A stretch of 63,970 nt of DNA, the filler included. It is 7 parts of 7 records of this genome, joined end to end, with 100 filler letters (N's around TTAATTAATTAA, not from the genome) between each part and the next. Parts side by side here need not be neighbours in the genome. Positions count along the whole stretch, not along the records: positions 1 to 19,080 come from SRR20825010_6092; positions 19,181 to 23,559 come from SRR20825010_6101; 5 more parts are not named here. One strand, 5' to 3'. A model generated the notes under the pieces. That model ran no database searches, had not been told where the DNA came from, and saw only the letters and a program-made list of their open reading frames with translations. This document shows, in pieces, positions 10,334-22,362 of this stretch; within the stretch, counting starts at the first letter, position 1, and each line of letters opens with the position of its first letter. A program made the position numbers and the translations under genes.

Positions 10334-11338
10334 ATGAGCAGGTCATTACCCCCAGCCCCCAATTTTTTCGCACTGTTGCGGCAAATCGAACACGCCAACC
10401 CCGGCAAGCCTTTGCTGGGAACGTCATTGCGACTGCGGGACGACCCCATACGCCTTGGCCAACACCCGCACCTTGATTTTGCCACTCAGGATTTTCAGCG
10501 TGAAGAAACCATTCAGGCCGGGCGCCTGGGGGCTGTTCAAAAACTGTATGTTCAAAATTTCGGTTTGCTGGGCCCCAATGGTGCGCTGCCTTTGCATTAC
10601 ACCGAACATGCCTACACGCGGATTCACCACTGGAATGACCCCACATTTTCTGAATTTCTGGACGTGTTTCATCACCGCGCTTATCTGCTGTTTTACAGGG
10701 CGTGGGCAGAATCGCAGCCGCACATTGGTTACCACCGAACTTCACACAATCCGTTTGCGCAACGCCTGAACAGTTTGGTGGGGCACGGGGTGCTAAGCAG
10801 TTGGGGGCGCGAACAACTGCCCACACACTTTCGTGCCGGTTTGGCCGGGCACTTTAGCCGCCGCACCAAAACACAGGAAGGTTTGGCTTGTGCCTTGTCC
10901 GCGTGCGCCGGGCAGCCAGTTCATGTAAAGCCATTTCAGGCGCAGTGGTTGCAGTTGCCGAAGCAGGCGGGCATGCAAGCCTTGGGCAGGGGTGCCATGC
11001 TGGGCAGCCGGGTGTGGTGTGCGCAAAGCAAAATAACCATTTGTGTGGGCCCCATGCCGTATTCAGCCTACCAAAAATTGCTGCCCGGCACGGCAGGGCG
11101 CACGCAATTGATTCAAGCCACGCATGCGTATTTGGGTCTTGAATTTGATTGCGATTATGAAGTTCAGATCAACACCAATCACATTCCCCAAGCCCGTTTG
11201 AATGGTACTGCCCAATTGGGCCGAACCGCATGGGCGGGTGAAATGCGCATTCACCAGCGCCAACAACTGCCTGCCACGGTGCGCATGAAATGCCCCGCAG
11301 TGCCTTCCCAATCGTCCCTGTCCCGGAGTTCCACATGA
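10334..11338 (+). CDS. tssG: T6SS baseplate subunit TssG
   Basis: FGLLGPNGALPLHYTE, FLDVFHHR, FYRAW, LGRTAW. Confidence 0.94.
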   Translation: MSRSLPPAPNFFALLRQIEHANPGKPLLGTSLRLRDDPIRLGQHPHLDFATQDFQREETIQAGRLGAVQKLYVQNFGLLGPNGALPLHYTEHAYTRIHHWNDPTFSEFLDVFHHRAYLLFYRAWAESQPHIGYHRTSHNPFAQRLNSLVGHGVLSSWGREQLPTHFRAGLAGHFSRRTKTQEGLACALSACAGQPVHVKPFQAQWLQLPKQAGMQALGRGAMLGSRVWCAQSKITICVGPMPYSAYQKLLPGTAGRTQLIQATHAYLGLEFDCDYEVQINTNHIPQARLNGTAQLGRTAWAGEMRIHQRQQLPATVRMKCPAVPSQSSLSRSST

Positions 11339-13986
11339 GCAACATCAGCCGTGTTTCGCTGTTCGCGAAGTTAAATCCAATTGCATTCAAATCTGTTGAG
11401 GGTGCCACCGTGTTGTGCAAATTGCGCGGCAACCCCTATGTGGAGTTGGTGCACTGGGTGGCACAAATTCTTCAGCAAGATGACAGCGACTGGCACCACA
11501 TTCTTCGCCACTTCGAGGTGGATGCAGGGCTGTTGCTTGCCGATGTGCAGCGGGCACTGGAACGCCAGCCAGGCGGTGCGCAAGGCATTTCCGATTTGTC
11601 GGAATCCATTACCAATGCTGTAGAGCGGGCGTGGGTGTATGCCTCGCTGATGTACGGTGTGCACAAAGTGCGCACTGGCCATGTGTTGGTGGCCTTGCTG
11701 AAAACCGATTTTTTGACGCAAGAGTTGTTGCGTATTTCACCGCGCTTTAAGCAGATCCGCGAAGCGGTGCTTAGTGAAAATTTCGCAAACATGGTTGAGC
11801 ATTCCGCAGAGCATGCTTTGCAAAATACAGATTTGCCACAAGGCGCTGTACCCGGTGAGGCCAGTGGTGCAATGCATGCTGCGCAATTGGGTGGTGAAGA
11901 GGCATTGAAACGCTACACGGTGGACCTGACCGAGAAAGCGCGCAAAGGCGAAATTGATCCGGTAACCGGGCGTGAACTGGAGGTGCGCCAAATCGTTGAT
12001 ATTTTGCTGCGCCGCAGGCAGAACAATCCGCTGATTACTGGTGAAGCGGGTGTTGGAAAAACGGCTGTAGTGGAAGGGTTTGCCTTGCAGGTGGTGGCGG
12101 GCGATGTGCCACCTGCTTTGAAAGATGTACGAATTCTGACCCTGGATTTGGGTTTGTTGCAGGCGGGTGCGTCAATGAAAGGCGAGTTCGAGCAACGCCT
12201 GCGCCAGGTGATTGACGAAATTCAGGCCAGTGAACAAAGCACGATTCTGTTTATCGATGAAGTGCACACGCTGGTGGGGGCGGGGGGCAGCCAGGGCACT
12301 GGCGACGCAGCCAATTTGCTGAAACCCGCCTTGGCGCGTGGAACGCTCCGCACCATTGGCGCAACCACGTGGGCTGAATACAAAAAGTACATTGAAAAAG
12401 ACCCGGCATTGACCCGGCGCTTTCAGGTGGTGCAGGTGGAAGAACCTTCCGAAACCAAAGGCATCGACATGCTGCGCGGCTTGGCCTCGGCCATGCAGGC
12501 CCATCACCGTGTGTGGCTTCTGGATGAGGCTGTGCAGGCAGCCGTGCGTTTGTCGCACCGATACATTCCGGCACGGCAGTTGCCCGACAAAGCGATCAGT
12601 CTTCTGGACACGGCCTGTGCGCGCGTGGCCGTTTCCCAGCACGCCACCCCTGCACCGATTGAGCTGATTCAAAAACAACTGAACGCGTTGAATGTGGAGC
12701 GAGAGGCGATTGAGAAAGAATCGGCCTTTGGTCGTGAACATACATTGCGTCTTTCTGAGATAGAGGAGGCTGCCGGGAAGCACCGCGCTGAACTTGAGCG
12801 GCTTCATTCACAGTGGGAGCAAGAAAAGCGAATTCTGGATTCCTTGTTGACGCTTCGTGGACAGGTTGAGAATGCGAATGGTGATGCGCAGGCCAGTCTT
12901 GAACAATTGAAAGCACTGGAATGTGAAATTAAAACCCTGCAAGGTGAAACACCCATGATTCACCCGCAGGTGGACGCGCAGTGTGTGGCGTCGGTGGTGG
13001 CAGACTGGACAGGCATTCCGGTGGGTCGCATGGTGCGCAATGAAATTGAAAACGTATTGAACCTGGCAGGTGCATTGGGGGCGCGAATCATCGGGCAGCC
13101 CCATGCGCTGGAAACGATTGCCAGGCGGATTCAAACCAACCGTGCCGGGCTGGACGACCCCAACAAACCCGTGGGTGTGTTCATGTTGGCAGGCACTTCG
13201 GGGGTGGGTAAAACGGAAACTGCATTGGCACTGGCCGAAAATTTGTATGGTGGTGAACACAATGTGATCACCATCAACATGAGCGAATACCAGGAAGCAC
13301 ATACAGTGTCATCGTTGAAAGGTGCGCCCCCAGGCTATGTGGGTTATGGCGAGGGCGGCGTGTTGACTGAGGCTGTACGCCGCAAACCTTACAGTGTGGT
13401 GTTGCTTGATGAAGTAGAAAAAGCCCACCCCGATGTGCATGAACTGTTTTTTCAGGTGTTTGACAAAGGCTGGATGGAAGATGGTGAAGGGCGCCGGATT
13501 GATTTCCGCAACACCCTGATTTTGCTGACCACCAATGTGGGCACGGCCACCTTGATGGGAATGTGCAAGAAAGGGCTTCAGGAGGGTGCAGAAAACCCAG
13601 CACCCGAGGAACTTGTGCAGGCCTTGCGTGCACCCATGTTGCAAGTGTTTCCACCTGCCCTGCTGGGCCGACTGGAAGTGGTGCCTTACTACCCGCTTTC
13701 CAGTGTCATGCTGGCTGAAATTGTTCGTTTGCAACTTGCCCGCATTGAACAGCGTATTACCAGTGCCCACAAAATTTTCGTCAAGATTGCGCCGTCGGTG
13801 ATTGACCGTATTGTTGCGCGTTGCAATGAAGCCGATTCTGGCGGGCGAATGGTGGGGGCAATTTTAAGCAACACGGTATTGCCCACAGTCAGCCGCCGGC
13901 TTTTGCAGGCCACGCTGGAAGGCAAGCCGGTGACCCAATTGAGTATTGACACCGATGGCAATGAGTTCACCTACCACTACCACTAA
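11335..13986 (+). CDS. tssH: T6SS AAA+ ATPase ClpV/TssH
   Basis: [18 protein letters not shown], Walker A motifs GEAGVGKT and [12 protein letters not shown] overlap with tssG. Confidence 0.97.
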   Translation: MSNISRVSLFAKLNPIAFKSVEGATVLCKLRGNPYVELVHWVAQILQQDDSDWHHILRHFEVDAGLLLADVQRALERQPGGAQGISDLSESITNAVERAWVYASLMYGVHKVRTGHVLVALLKTDFLTQELLRISPRFKQIREAVLSENFANMVEHSAEHALQNTDLPQGAVPGEASGAMHAAQLGGEEALKRYTVDLTEKARKGEIDPVTGRELEVRQIVDILLRRRQNNPLITGEAGVGKTAVVEGFALQVVAGDVPPALKDVRILTLDLGLLQAGASMKGEFEQRLRQVIDEIQASEQSTILFIDEVHTLVGAGGSQGTGDAANLLKPALARGTLRTIGATTWAEYKKYIEKDPALTRRFQVVQVEEPSETKGIDMLRGLASAMQAHHRVWLLDEAVQAAVRLSHRYIPARQLPDKAISLLDTACARVAVSQHATPAPIELIQKQLNALNVEREAIEKESAFGREHTLRLSEIEEAAGKHRAELERLHSQWEQEKRILDSLLTLRGQVENANGDAQASLEQLKALECEIKTLQGETPMIHPQVDAQCVASVVADWTGIPVGRMVRNEIENVLNLAGALGARIIGQPHALETIARRIQTNRAGLDDPNKPVGVFMLAGTSGVGKTETALALAENLYGGEHNVITINMSEYQEAHTVSSLKGAPPGYVGYGEGGVLTEAVRRKPYSVVLLDEVEKAHPDVHELFFQVFDKGWMEDGEGRRIDFRNTLILLTTNVGTATLMGMCKKGLQEGAENPAPEELVQALRAPMLQVFPPALLGRLEVVPYYPLSSVMLAEIVRLQLARIEQRITSAHKIFVKIAPSVIDRIVARCNEADSGGRMVGAILSNTVLPTVSRRLLQATLEGKPVTQLSIDTDGNEFTYHYH

Positions 13987-15358
13987 CGCCTTGCAGTCGC
14001 CCGCCCGGCGCAATGCGATTTGCCGCATGCTGGGCTTGGCGGGCCTGCTGACAGCGGCACCCGTGGTATTCAGGCGTGCACATGCCGCTGGTTCTGCTCA
14101 ACATCGCCTTGCGCTGCTGATTGGCAATGGCGATTACCCGGTGCCGCACGACCTGCCACCCATTCATAAAAATGTGATGGACCTTGGCGAGGCCTTGGCA
14201 TTTCGCGGCTTTGATGTAACCCAGGCCATGAACTTGGATGAGGCCAGCTTGCAGATCACCGTGACGGAATTTGTCAAGCGCGTGGCGGCAGCCCCTGGCA
14301 ATTCAGTGACCTTGTTTTATTACGCCGGGCATGGTTTGCAGGTCGATTCCAACAATCTGTTGCTGGGTTCGGGTTCCAACCCCACGGCCCCCCGGCAAGA
14401 TTTGGTGTCGCGTTCATTGGTGTTGCAACAGAAGTTGCTGGCCGTATTGCCATCTCGGCCAGAGGCTTTGAACATCACGGTGATCGACGCATGTAGAACC
14501 GATTTGCGCAATGCCTTGGGCGATGGCGAGGGTTTGAACCAGATGGAAGCGCCATTGGGCAGCATGGTGTGTTTTTCAACAGGGGCAGGGCGGCCTGCCG
14601 TTTCGCCCGCCAGTGCCGACCAGAATACTTTTTACACGGCATCGCTGGTCAGGCAACTTCTTGAGGCGGCTGACCACATTACATTCAATGACCTGTTTCG
14701 CATGGTTAAAAGCGATGTAGAGCGCACCATGCTGAATCACCCGTTGCCTGCAATACGGCAGTTGGCGCAATATCCGTTTATCGCCGACAACACACGTGTT
14801 CAGGTGCCCTTGTCCTGGCGCACTGAAACGCAATTGCCGGTGCCACAAAAACCTGTGGACCCACAGGAAGCAGCCGCATGGCTTGAAATTCAAAACACGC
14901 AATGGCCAGTTGATTTGCTCAAGCAGTGCCAGGCGTTTCTTGAAAAGTACCCCGACAGTGCGCAGGCAAAATCAGTCGCCCTTTATCAGGCCGGTGCGGC
15001 TGATTCGTTGCGGGTGTTGCGGGCCAAGGAAGTGAAGTTGTTTAAAACCAGTTTTGTGGTGCCCGAGGAAAAGCTGGCCAGCAACAGCAAGCATGAATTA
15101 AGCCGCGCTGCCCGCGGCGACAAAGATGCGGCAGCGCGAATAGCGCGCCTTCACCGAGAGCTGGGTACCGAGCAAGGTTTGTTGCGTTACATCGGTTGGC
15201 TGCAATACGCCAGCGGCCTGGGCAACGGCATTGCCAGTTATGAATTGGCCTTGTATTACCGCGAAAACGCCCAGCCCTTGCTGGCTGCGCAAGCTGAAGC
15301 GCGGGCGCGGCAGCTGGGTTATTCGCCCCCCCGTGCCCTGGGGCATGAGCGTAAGTGA
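13961..15358 (+). CDS. Caspase-family (peptidase C14) protease with putative Tat signal and C-terminal Sel1-like repeats
   Basis: ARRNAI + hydrophobic stretch + AHA; RLALLIGNGDY; FYYAGHG (His); IDACR (Cys); AFLEKYPDS; Sel1-like AARGDKDAA and GNGIASYELALYY. Confidence 0.88.
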   Translation: MSSPTTTTNALQSPARRNAICRMLGLAGLLTAAPVVFRRAHAAGSAQHRLALLIGNGDYPVPHDLPPIHKNVMDLGEALAFRGFDVTQAMNLDEASLQITVTEFVKRVAAAPGNSVTLFYYAGHGLQVDSNNLLLGSGSNPTAPRQDLVSRSLVLQQKLLAVLPSRPEALNITVIDACRTDLRNALGDGEGLNQMEAPLGSMVCFSTGAGRPAVSPASADQNTFYTASLVRQLLEAADHITFNDLFRMVKSDVERTMLNHPLPAIRQLAQYPFIADNTRVQVPLSWRTETQLPVPQKPVDPQEAAAWLEIQNTQWPVDLLKQCQAFLEKYPDSAQAKSVALYQAGAADSLRVLRAKEVKLFKTSFVVPEEKLASNSKHELSRAARGDKDAAARIARLHRELGTEQGLLRYIGWLQYASGLGNGIASYELALYYRENAQPLLAAQAEARARQLGYSPPRALGHERK

Positions 15359-15444
15359 AAATGACAGGGGTTTCTTGCTGTTCTTGCTGTTTTGCAAACG
15401 GCTTGAAAGGTTCACACTGTAAGCAAGTGAAAAAGGAACCAAAA

Positions 15445-16089
15445 ATGAGCCGCCGCGTGTTTACCCTGTTGCCTGTTGTGCTGACCCTTGGCCTGTTGGC
15501 TGCCTGCAACCCTCGAACCAGCCTGAACCATGAGAACTTGCTCAAGGGTGCACGTGCGGAAACTTTCATTTTGAACCATGGTGCGCTGTGCGCCCGCTTG
15601 CCCAGCGCAGAGGCAATTGACCAGTATTCCCGCGATGCAGTGCCCGCCAACAGTGCGGTGGCTCGCGATGTAAAGGCATGGGATTTGTCTGGCCTGCTGG
15701 ACATTATGCAAACACGCGATGGCCGCTGGGTCATCATGCCTTCCCAAGGGTTGAAAAAACTGGAGGGTGTGCACTTCCGCCAAGGCCCTGAGGGCGACAA
15801 CGAGGCCCTGTGTTTCGGGCGGTTGTGGGTAGAAAAAACCGTGGATTATCTTCAGAACAAACCGTTTGGCCTGGACGATGCGGTGTCTGCCCGGTTCGAG
15901 GCCACGTTGAAAGACCCCCACATGCTGAATCACTTCAAGAACCTGAAAGTGGAGTCCTTCGACCCTGGCGTGTTTACCTTGAGTTCAGGCACTGCTGTGG
16001 CGGCCACGCTGAAGCCTTCATTTGTCATTGAAATGGCGCTTCGCCCCACCAACACCGGTTGGTATCTCGCCAAAAACGGGACGCAGTGA
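15445..16089 (+). CDS. Uncharacterised lipoprotein
   Basis: AAGGA RBS; MSRRVFTLLPVVLTLGLLAAC lipobox; two further Cys in the mature part. Confidence 0.75.
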   Translation: MSRRVFTLLPVVLTLGLLAACNPRTSLNHENLLKGARAETFILNHGALCARLPSAEAIDQYSRDAVPANSAVARDVKAWDLSGLLDIMQTRDGRWVIMPSQGLKKLEGVHFRQGPEGDNEALCFGRLWVEKTVDYLQNKPFGLDDAVSARFEATLKDPHMLNHFKNLKVESFDPGVFTLSSGTAVAATLKPSFVIEMALRPTNTGWYLAKNGTQ

Positions 16090-16134
16090 ATTTGCGGTTC
16101 AGCTCAGGCATAATTTCCACATGAAAGCATTCAT

Positions 16135-16605
16135 GTGGGAATACCCGTTTTGAGCCGAAGTAAAAACAGAAACCCCGAACCCGCCAAAACACCGAAGGGA
16201 AAAACCGACTTTTCAGCGCCGGGCGCGAAGGTGCGCATTGACAAGTGGTTGTGGGCTGCACGTTTTTTCAAAACCCGTTCGCTGGCCACCGAGGTGGTGG
16301 AAGGCGGCAAGGTCAAGTGCAACGACGAGCGTGTGAAACCAGCGTATGGCGTGCAGGTGGGCGATGTGCTGACTGTGCCCGTTGGTTGGGATGACATGGT
16401 GCTGGTGGTGAAAGGTTTGGGCGACAAGCGCGGTAGCGCGACCATTGCGCAGGGCTTGTACGAAGAAACCATGGACAGCGCGAAAAAGCGTGCCGAGCGC
16501 GCTGCCAACCGCAAGTTGATGAAAGACCCTGCATTGGAAATCAAGGCGCGGCCCACAAAGCGGGACCGCCGCGTGATGGACGACTTCAAGTGGGGTGACG
16601 AGTAG
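16135..16605 (+). CDS. hslR: S4-domain RNA-binding protein Hsp15; start uncertain
   Basis: VRIDKWLWAARFFKTRSLA, AQGLYEET, RPTKRDRR. Confidence 0.92.
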   Translation: MGIPVLSRSKNRNPEPAKTPKGKTDFSAPGAKVRIDKWLWAARFFKTRSLATEVVEGGKVKCNDERVKPAYGVQVGDVLTVPVGWDDMVLVVKGLGDKRGSATIAQGLYEETMDSAKKRAERAANRKLMKDPALEIKARPTKRDRRVMDDFKWGDE

Positions 16606-16630
16606 TTTGACTGCGCTTCGCGCGCAGGCA

Positions 16631-17122
16631 TTACACTTTTTCGGCTAGTGATTTTTCAATCAGCGCATGCAGCGCTGCGAAGTCGGGTTCGCCGACATAG
16701 GTTTTGATGATCTCGCCCTTGCGGTTGATCACGTAGGTGGTGGGCGTAATTTTCACGTCGTCAAAGGCTTTGGCAATGCTGCCCGATACATCAAGCGCGA
16801 CGTCAAACGGTAACTGCCGGGTTTCGGCAAAGTTCACCACGTAGTCGGGGCGGTCGTAGCTCATGGCCACCGCAATCGTTCGAAAGCCCTGGTCTTTGAA
16901 CTTGTTGTGTGTGTCGACAATGTCGGGCATTTCTTTCACACAGGTGGTGCAACTGGTGGCCCAGAAGTTCACCAGCATCACCTGCCCCTGGTAATCGGCA
17001 GGCGTGATGGTTTGACCCTTGATGGTGGTGTAATCCACCTGCGGTGCCTGGTCGCCCCCGCAGGCAGCCAAAAGGGCTGCCAATGCAAGGGTTGAACACA
17101 GGGAAAGAAACTTCTTGATCAT
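16631..17122 (-). CDS. TlpA-family thioredoxin-like lipoprotein
   Basis: LAAC lipobox; LVNFWATSCTTCVKEMP; PTTYVI. Confidence 0.9.
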   Translation of the reverse strand: MIKKFLSLCSTLALAALLAACGGDQAPQVDYTTIKGQTITPADYQGQVMLVNFWATSCTTCVKEMPDIVDTHNKFKDQGFRTIAVAMSYDRPDYVVNFAETRQLPFDVALDVSGSIAKAFDDVKITPTTYVINRKGEIIKTYVGEPDFAALHALIEKSLAEKV

Positions 17123-17125
17123 TTT

Positions 17126-18989
<1,864 letters not shown>

Positions 18990-18991
<2 letters not shown>

Positions 18992-19080
18992 GCAGAAAGC
19001 CGGTGAAGGGGATGTTGTGAAGGATGCGGTTAATTCTGATGCAAAGGATCAAACAAGGCGTGAACCTTCACTCTATGTGG
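18990..19080 (+). CDS. rsmI: Probable 5' fragment of 16S rRNA methyltransferase RsmI, cut by the contig end
   Basis: MQKAGEG...EPSLYV ends in the LYV(VATPIGN) start motif; divergent from yraN as is usual in Betaproteobacteria. Confidence 0.55.
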
Positions 19081-19180
19081 NNNNNNNNNNNNNNNNNNNN
19101 NNNNNNNNNNNNNNNNNNNNNNNNTTAATTAATTAANNNNNNNNNNNNNNNNNNNNNNNNNNNNNNNNNNNNNNNNNNNN
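19081..19180. other. Artificial contig spacer
   Basis: N44-TTAATTAATTAA-N44 (stop codons in all six frames). Confidence 0.99.
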
Positions 19181-20116
19181 AACGCCGCGTGCCGGATCCG
19201 TGGCAAAGGCATGGACGGAGGTCAGTACCCCCGAACGGACCAAAAACGTTCCCAGAAGCGACAGTGAGAATGTCAGGATCGCGAGCAGGACCGTCCAGAT
19301 TTTCAGCGCCGACCGCTTCTCCATCACCAGAGCGGAGTGAAGCAGCGCCGTACCTCCGAGCCACGGCAGCAGGGAGGCGTTTTCGACCGGATCCCAAAAC
19401 CAGAAGCCTCCCCAGCCGAGCTCGTAATAGGCCCAGTAGGAACCCATCGCGATGCCTCCGGTCAAAAACATCCAGGCCGCCAGCGTCCACGGCCGCACCC
19501 AACGAGCCCAGGCCGCATCAAGCCGGCCTTCGATCAGAGCAGCGATGGCAAAGGAAAACGCGACGGAAAAACCGACATAGCCGAGATAAAGCAGAGGTGG
19601 ATGAACGGCGAGGCCGATGTCCTGCAGGATGGGGTTGAGATCACGCCCTTCCATCGGCGCCGGGTCGAGACGGGCAAACGGGTTGGACGTCGCCAGAATG
19701 AATATCATGAAGGCACAGCTGATCGCGCCCTGTACCCCGAGCACATTGGCACGCAGCGACAGAGGAAGGTTACGCCCGAAAACCGCCACCAGTGCACCGA
19801 AGAAAACAAGGATCAGAACCCACAGGAGCATCGACCCCTCATGGTTCCCCCATGTACCGGTGATCTTGTAGAGAAGCGGCTTGGCCGAATGCGAATTCTC
19901 CCAGACGTTCAATACGGAAAAATCTGACTGGATATAGGCAGAGGTCAGCGCCATGAAGGACAGCGCCACCAGCATGAAGTTGGTCAGGGCCGCCGGCTCA
20001 CCCACGCGCATCAGCGTGTCGTTTTTGAACTGCGCCCCAATGATGGGTACCGTCATTTGAACAAGCGCCAGCGCGAAGGCGAGGACAAGGGCAAAATGAC
20101 CGAGTTCAATGCTCAT
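19181..20116 (-). CDS. ccmF: Cytochrome c heme lyase CcmF/CycK, 3'-truncated
   Basis: [42 protein letters not shown]. Confidence 0.97.
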
Positions 20117-20172
20117 TGTGTCATCCACTCCAATCGATCCGTTCCGGCTGGTCCTGACGCGTTACAACTGCG

Positions 20173-20607
20173 TCAGTTTTCCTGCCAGACACCCTTTTCC
20201 TTGAGACTGGCGGCCACTTCGCGCGGCATGTAATTCTCGTCATGCTTGGCTAGCACGGTATCGGCAACAAAGATCTGGCTGCCGTCGAATACACCCTCGG
20301 TGACCACACCCTGCTCCTCGCGAAAAAGGTCGGGCAGGATGCCATTGTAGCGCACCGTCACCGTATCGCTCCCATCGGTCACCGCAAAGCGCACATGGGT
20401 ATCATCAAAGCGCTCAATCGATCCCTTTTCCACGAGACCGCCAAGACGGATGCGCTGGCCGGCAGCAACCGGATTCTCAGCCAGATCGCCGGGCATGTAA
20501 AAATAGGAGGTCTGCTCGCCCAGAGCATAGAGTGTAAGCCCCGTGGCAGCTCCGAGAAAGCCGATGGCGCCTGCGATTATCGCCAGTCGTTTTTGTTTCC
20601 GTGTCAC
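20173..20607 (-). CDS. ccmE: Heme chaperone CcmE/CycJ
   Basis: IRLGGLV, PDLFRE, LAKHDENY. Confidence 0.97.
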   Translation of the reverse strand: MTRKQKRLAIIAGAIGFLGAATGLTLYALGEQTSYFYMPGDLAENPVAAGQRIRLGGLVEKGSIERFDDTHVRFAVTDGSDTVTVRYNGILPDLFREEQGVVTEGVFDGSQIFVADTVLAKHDENYMPREVAASLKEKGVWQEN

Positions 20608-20614
20608 ATCTAAC

Positions 20615-21736
20615 CTATTCGATCGTCACGCCAAGATTGGCCGCGAACTCCTTCAGCTCGCCGGTTTCGGGAGTTTCGGCGCCGAATGCCGCCACGGCCC
20701 GCACAAGCGCTTCCTTCGCAGCGTCGGGACGCTGCAGCACAATGTATGAACGGATGAGACGCCGCCAGCCTTCCAGATCGGCAGGATTTTGACGCAATTT
20801 CTCGTCCAGCCCTTTCACCATGCCTTCAATCATCGCCTGACGATCGGTCTCGGAAAGGTCCGTGGCAGCAGCCACCTGGTCTTCAGTTGGCCCGCGATCA
20901 GCAGCGCCCGCGCCTCCGGATTGCGCAATAGCCTGCTGCGCCGCCTCACGCCACGGCGAGGCCTCTGGAAGATCTTCCAGCATCCCGCGCCAGATCGTCT
21001 GCGCCTCCTCGGTTGCGCCTTCCTGAGCGCGCGACAGCCCGAGGAAGAAGCGCGCCTTCGGCTCCTTTGGGTCAAGATCAAGCGCTTGCTCGAAAACCTC
21101 CTCGGCCTCGGCTGTCACCATGCCCCGCGCAGCACCGACCATCGCCTCTCCCAGAGCCGCTTTCATGTCCGCTGTTTCGCCTGAAAGCCGCATGATGTTC
21201 TGCAGTGCAGTCTGCGCATCTGCGAAACGCCCCAGGCGCATGTAAACCGGCGCCAGCACCTGCCAGCCACGCGCATCGTCAGGATTGGTCGTCAAGTGCG
21301 TCTCTGCACGTGCGACCAATTCGTCGATCGACGCATCGGCGGGCTCGGCGGCTGTTCGCGCATGCAGAGGTTGCGCAGGCATGTCAGGTGACCCGGTGAG
21401 CACATAAAGCCCCCAGCTAACCAATGGAACTGCAAGAACCGAAGCCGCAGCCGTCAGCCGGGTGACGCGCCGGTTGGCCCTCTTCTCATTGCGACCATCA
21501 GCAGTCTCAGAGACCTGCAATATGCGGCGGCCGATCTCTGCGCGGGCCTGTTCGGCCTCCTGCTGGCCGATCAATCCCCGCTTCGCGTCACGGTCGACTT
21601 CCTCAAGCTGGTCGCGATAGACTTCGATATCATAAGCGCGTGCATCTTCGGTGGGTGCTTGCCGCATGGCAAAGGGTCGCAACACTGCGAAAGCGGCGAC
21701 AAAGGTCAGAAGAGCTGCGAGGATCCAGAACAACAT
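20615..21736 (-). CDS. ccmI: Cytochrome c biogenesis protein CcmI/CycH
   Basis: VYRDQLEE...AEIGRRIL; two TM segments; TPR region; NPADLEGWRRLIRSY. Confidence 0.93.
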   Translation of the reverse strand: MLFWILAALLTFVAAFAVLRPFAMRQAPTEDARAYDIEVYRDQLEEVDRDAKRGLIGQQEAEQARAEIGRRILQVSETADGRNEKRANRRVTRLTAAASVLAVPLVSWGLYVLTGSPDMPAQPLHARTAAEPADASIDELVARAETHLTTNPDDARGWQVLAPVYMRLGRFADAQTALQNIMRLSGETADMKAALGEAMVGAARGMVTAEAEEVFEQALDLDPKEPKARFFLGLSRAQEGATEEAQTIWRGMLEDLPEASPWREAAQQAIAQSGGAGAADRGPTEDQVAAATDLSETDRQAMIEGMVKGLDEKLRQNPADLEGWRRLIRSYIVLQRPDAAKEALVRAVAAFGAETPETGELKEFAANLGVTIE

Positions 21737-21844
21737 GGATCCTAAATAGCTGCCGGGGGACGTGCTGCCAACTCGGCGCACCTGCGGCCATTTGGCAAAC
21801 TGGCCGACCCGCCTTCCCAAACCCCGAGTTTACCTCGGAAGATC

Positions 21845-22282
21845 TTATCCCAGCAGCATCCAGCTTCCATCCTCATTGCGGCACGCAGTTCCGCGCGCTT
21901 CGCGCGGCGTCCCGTTGATCTGGATGGTGTGCGTATATTGCCGGCAGTCCTGCGAACCAACGCGGTAAGGCTGCGCCGCGCGCACGGTCCCGGTCCTGCC
22001 TGAACCGCTGTCCTGCCACGATACGTCCTGTCCCGCCGGTGTGCTTTCAAGTGCCTTGTACTCCGCCTCTAGAGCGATGCGTTTCTGCCGACGTGACAAT
22101 GCCGCGCCAAATTCCCCCCCAACGAGGCCGCCACCTTCCATGCCCAGTATGGCGGAACTGTCGGTTGCCGCCTGGGATGCCGCAAACTGATTGGGCTCTA
22201 GTTGCGCGCTCGACATGCCGCTGCTCAGGCAGCCGGACAAGATCGCGGAAAGCGCTACTGCAAGAACTGCTGAGAGTTTCAT
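21845..22282 (-). CDS. RT0821/17-kDa surface-antigen family lipoprotein
   Basis: LSGC lipobox; AEYKALE; CRQYTHT...GTACRNEDGSW. Confidence 0.85.
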   Translation of the reverse strand: MKLSAVLAVALSAILSGCLSSGMSSAQLEPNQFAASQAATDSSAILGMEGGGLVGGEFGAALSRRQKRIALEAEYKALESTPAGQDVSWQDSGSGRTGTVRAAQPYRVGSQDCRQYTHTIQINGTPREARGTACRNEDGSWMLLG

Positions 22283-22362
22283 TGATACCAATGGTCCCCT
22301 GAGACACTTGTCGTTTGCAAGGCATTTAAAGCGTCGGTTTGGCCCAAATTGGGCAACTCTGC

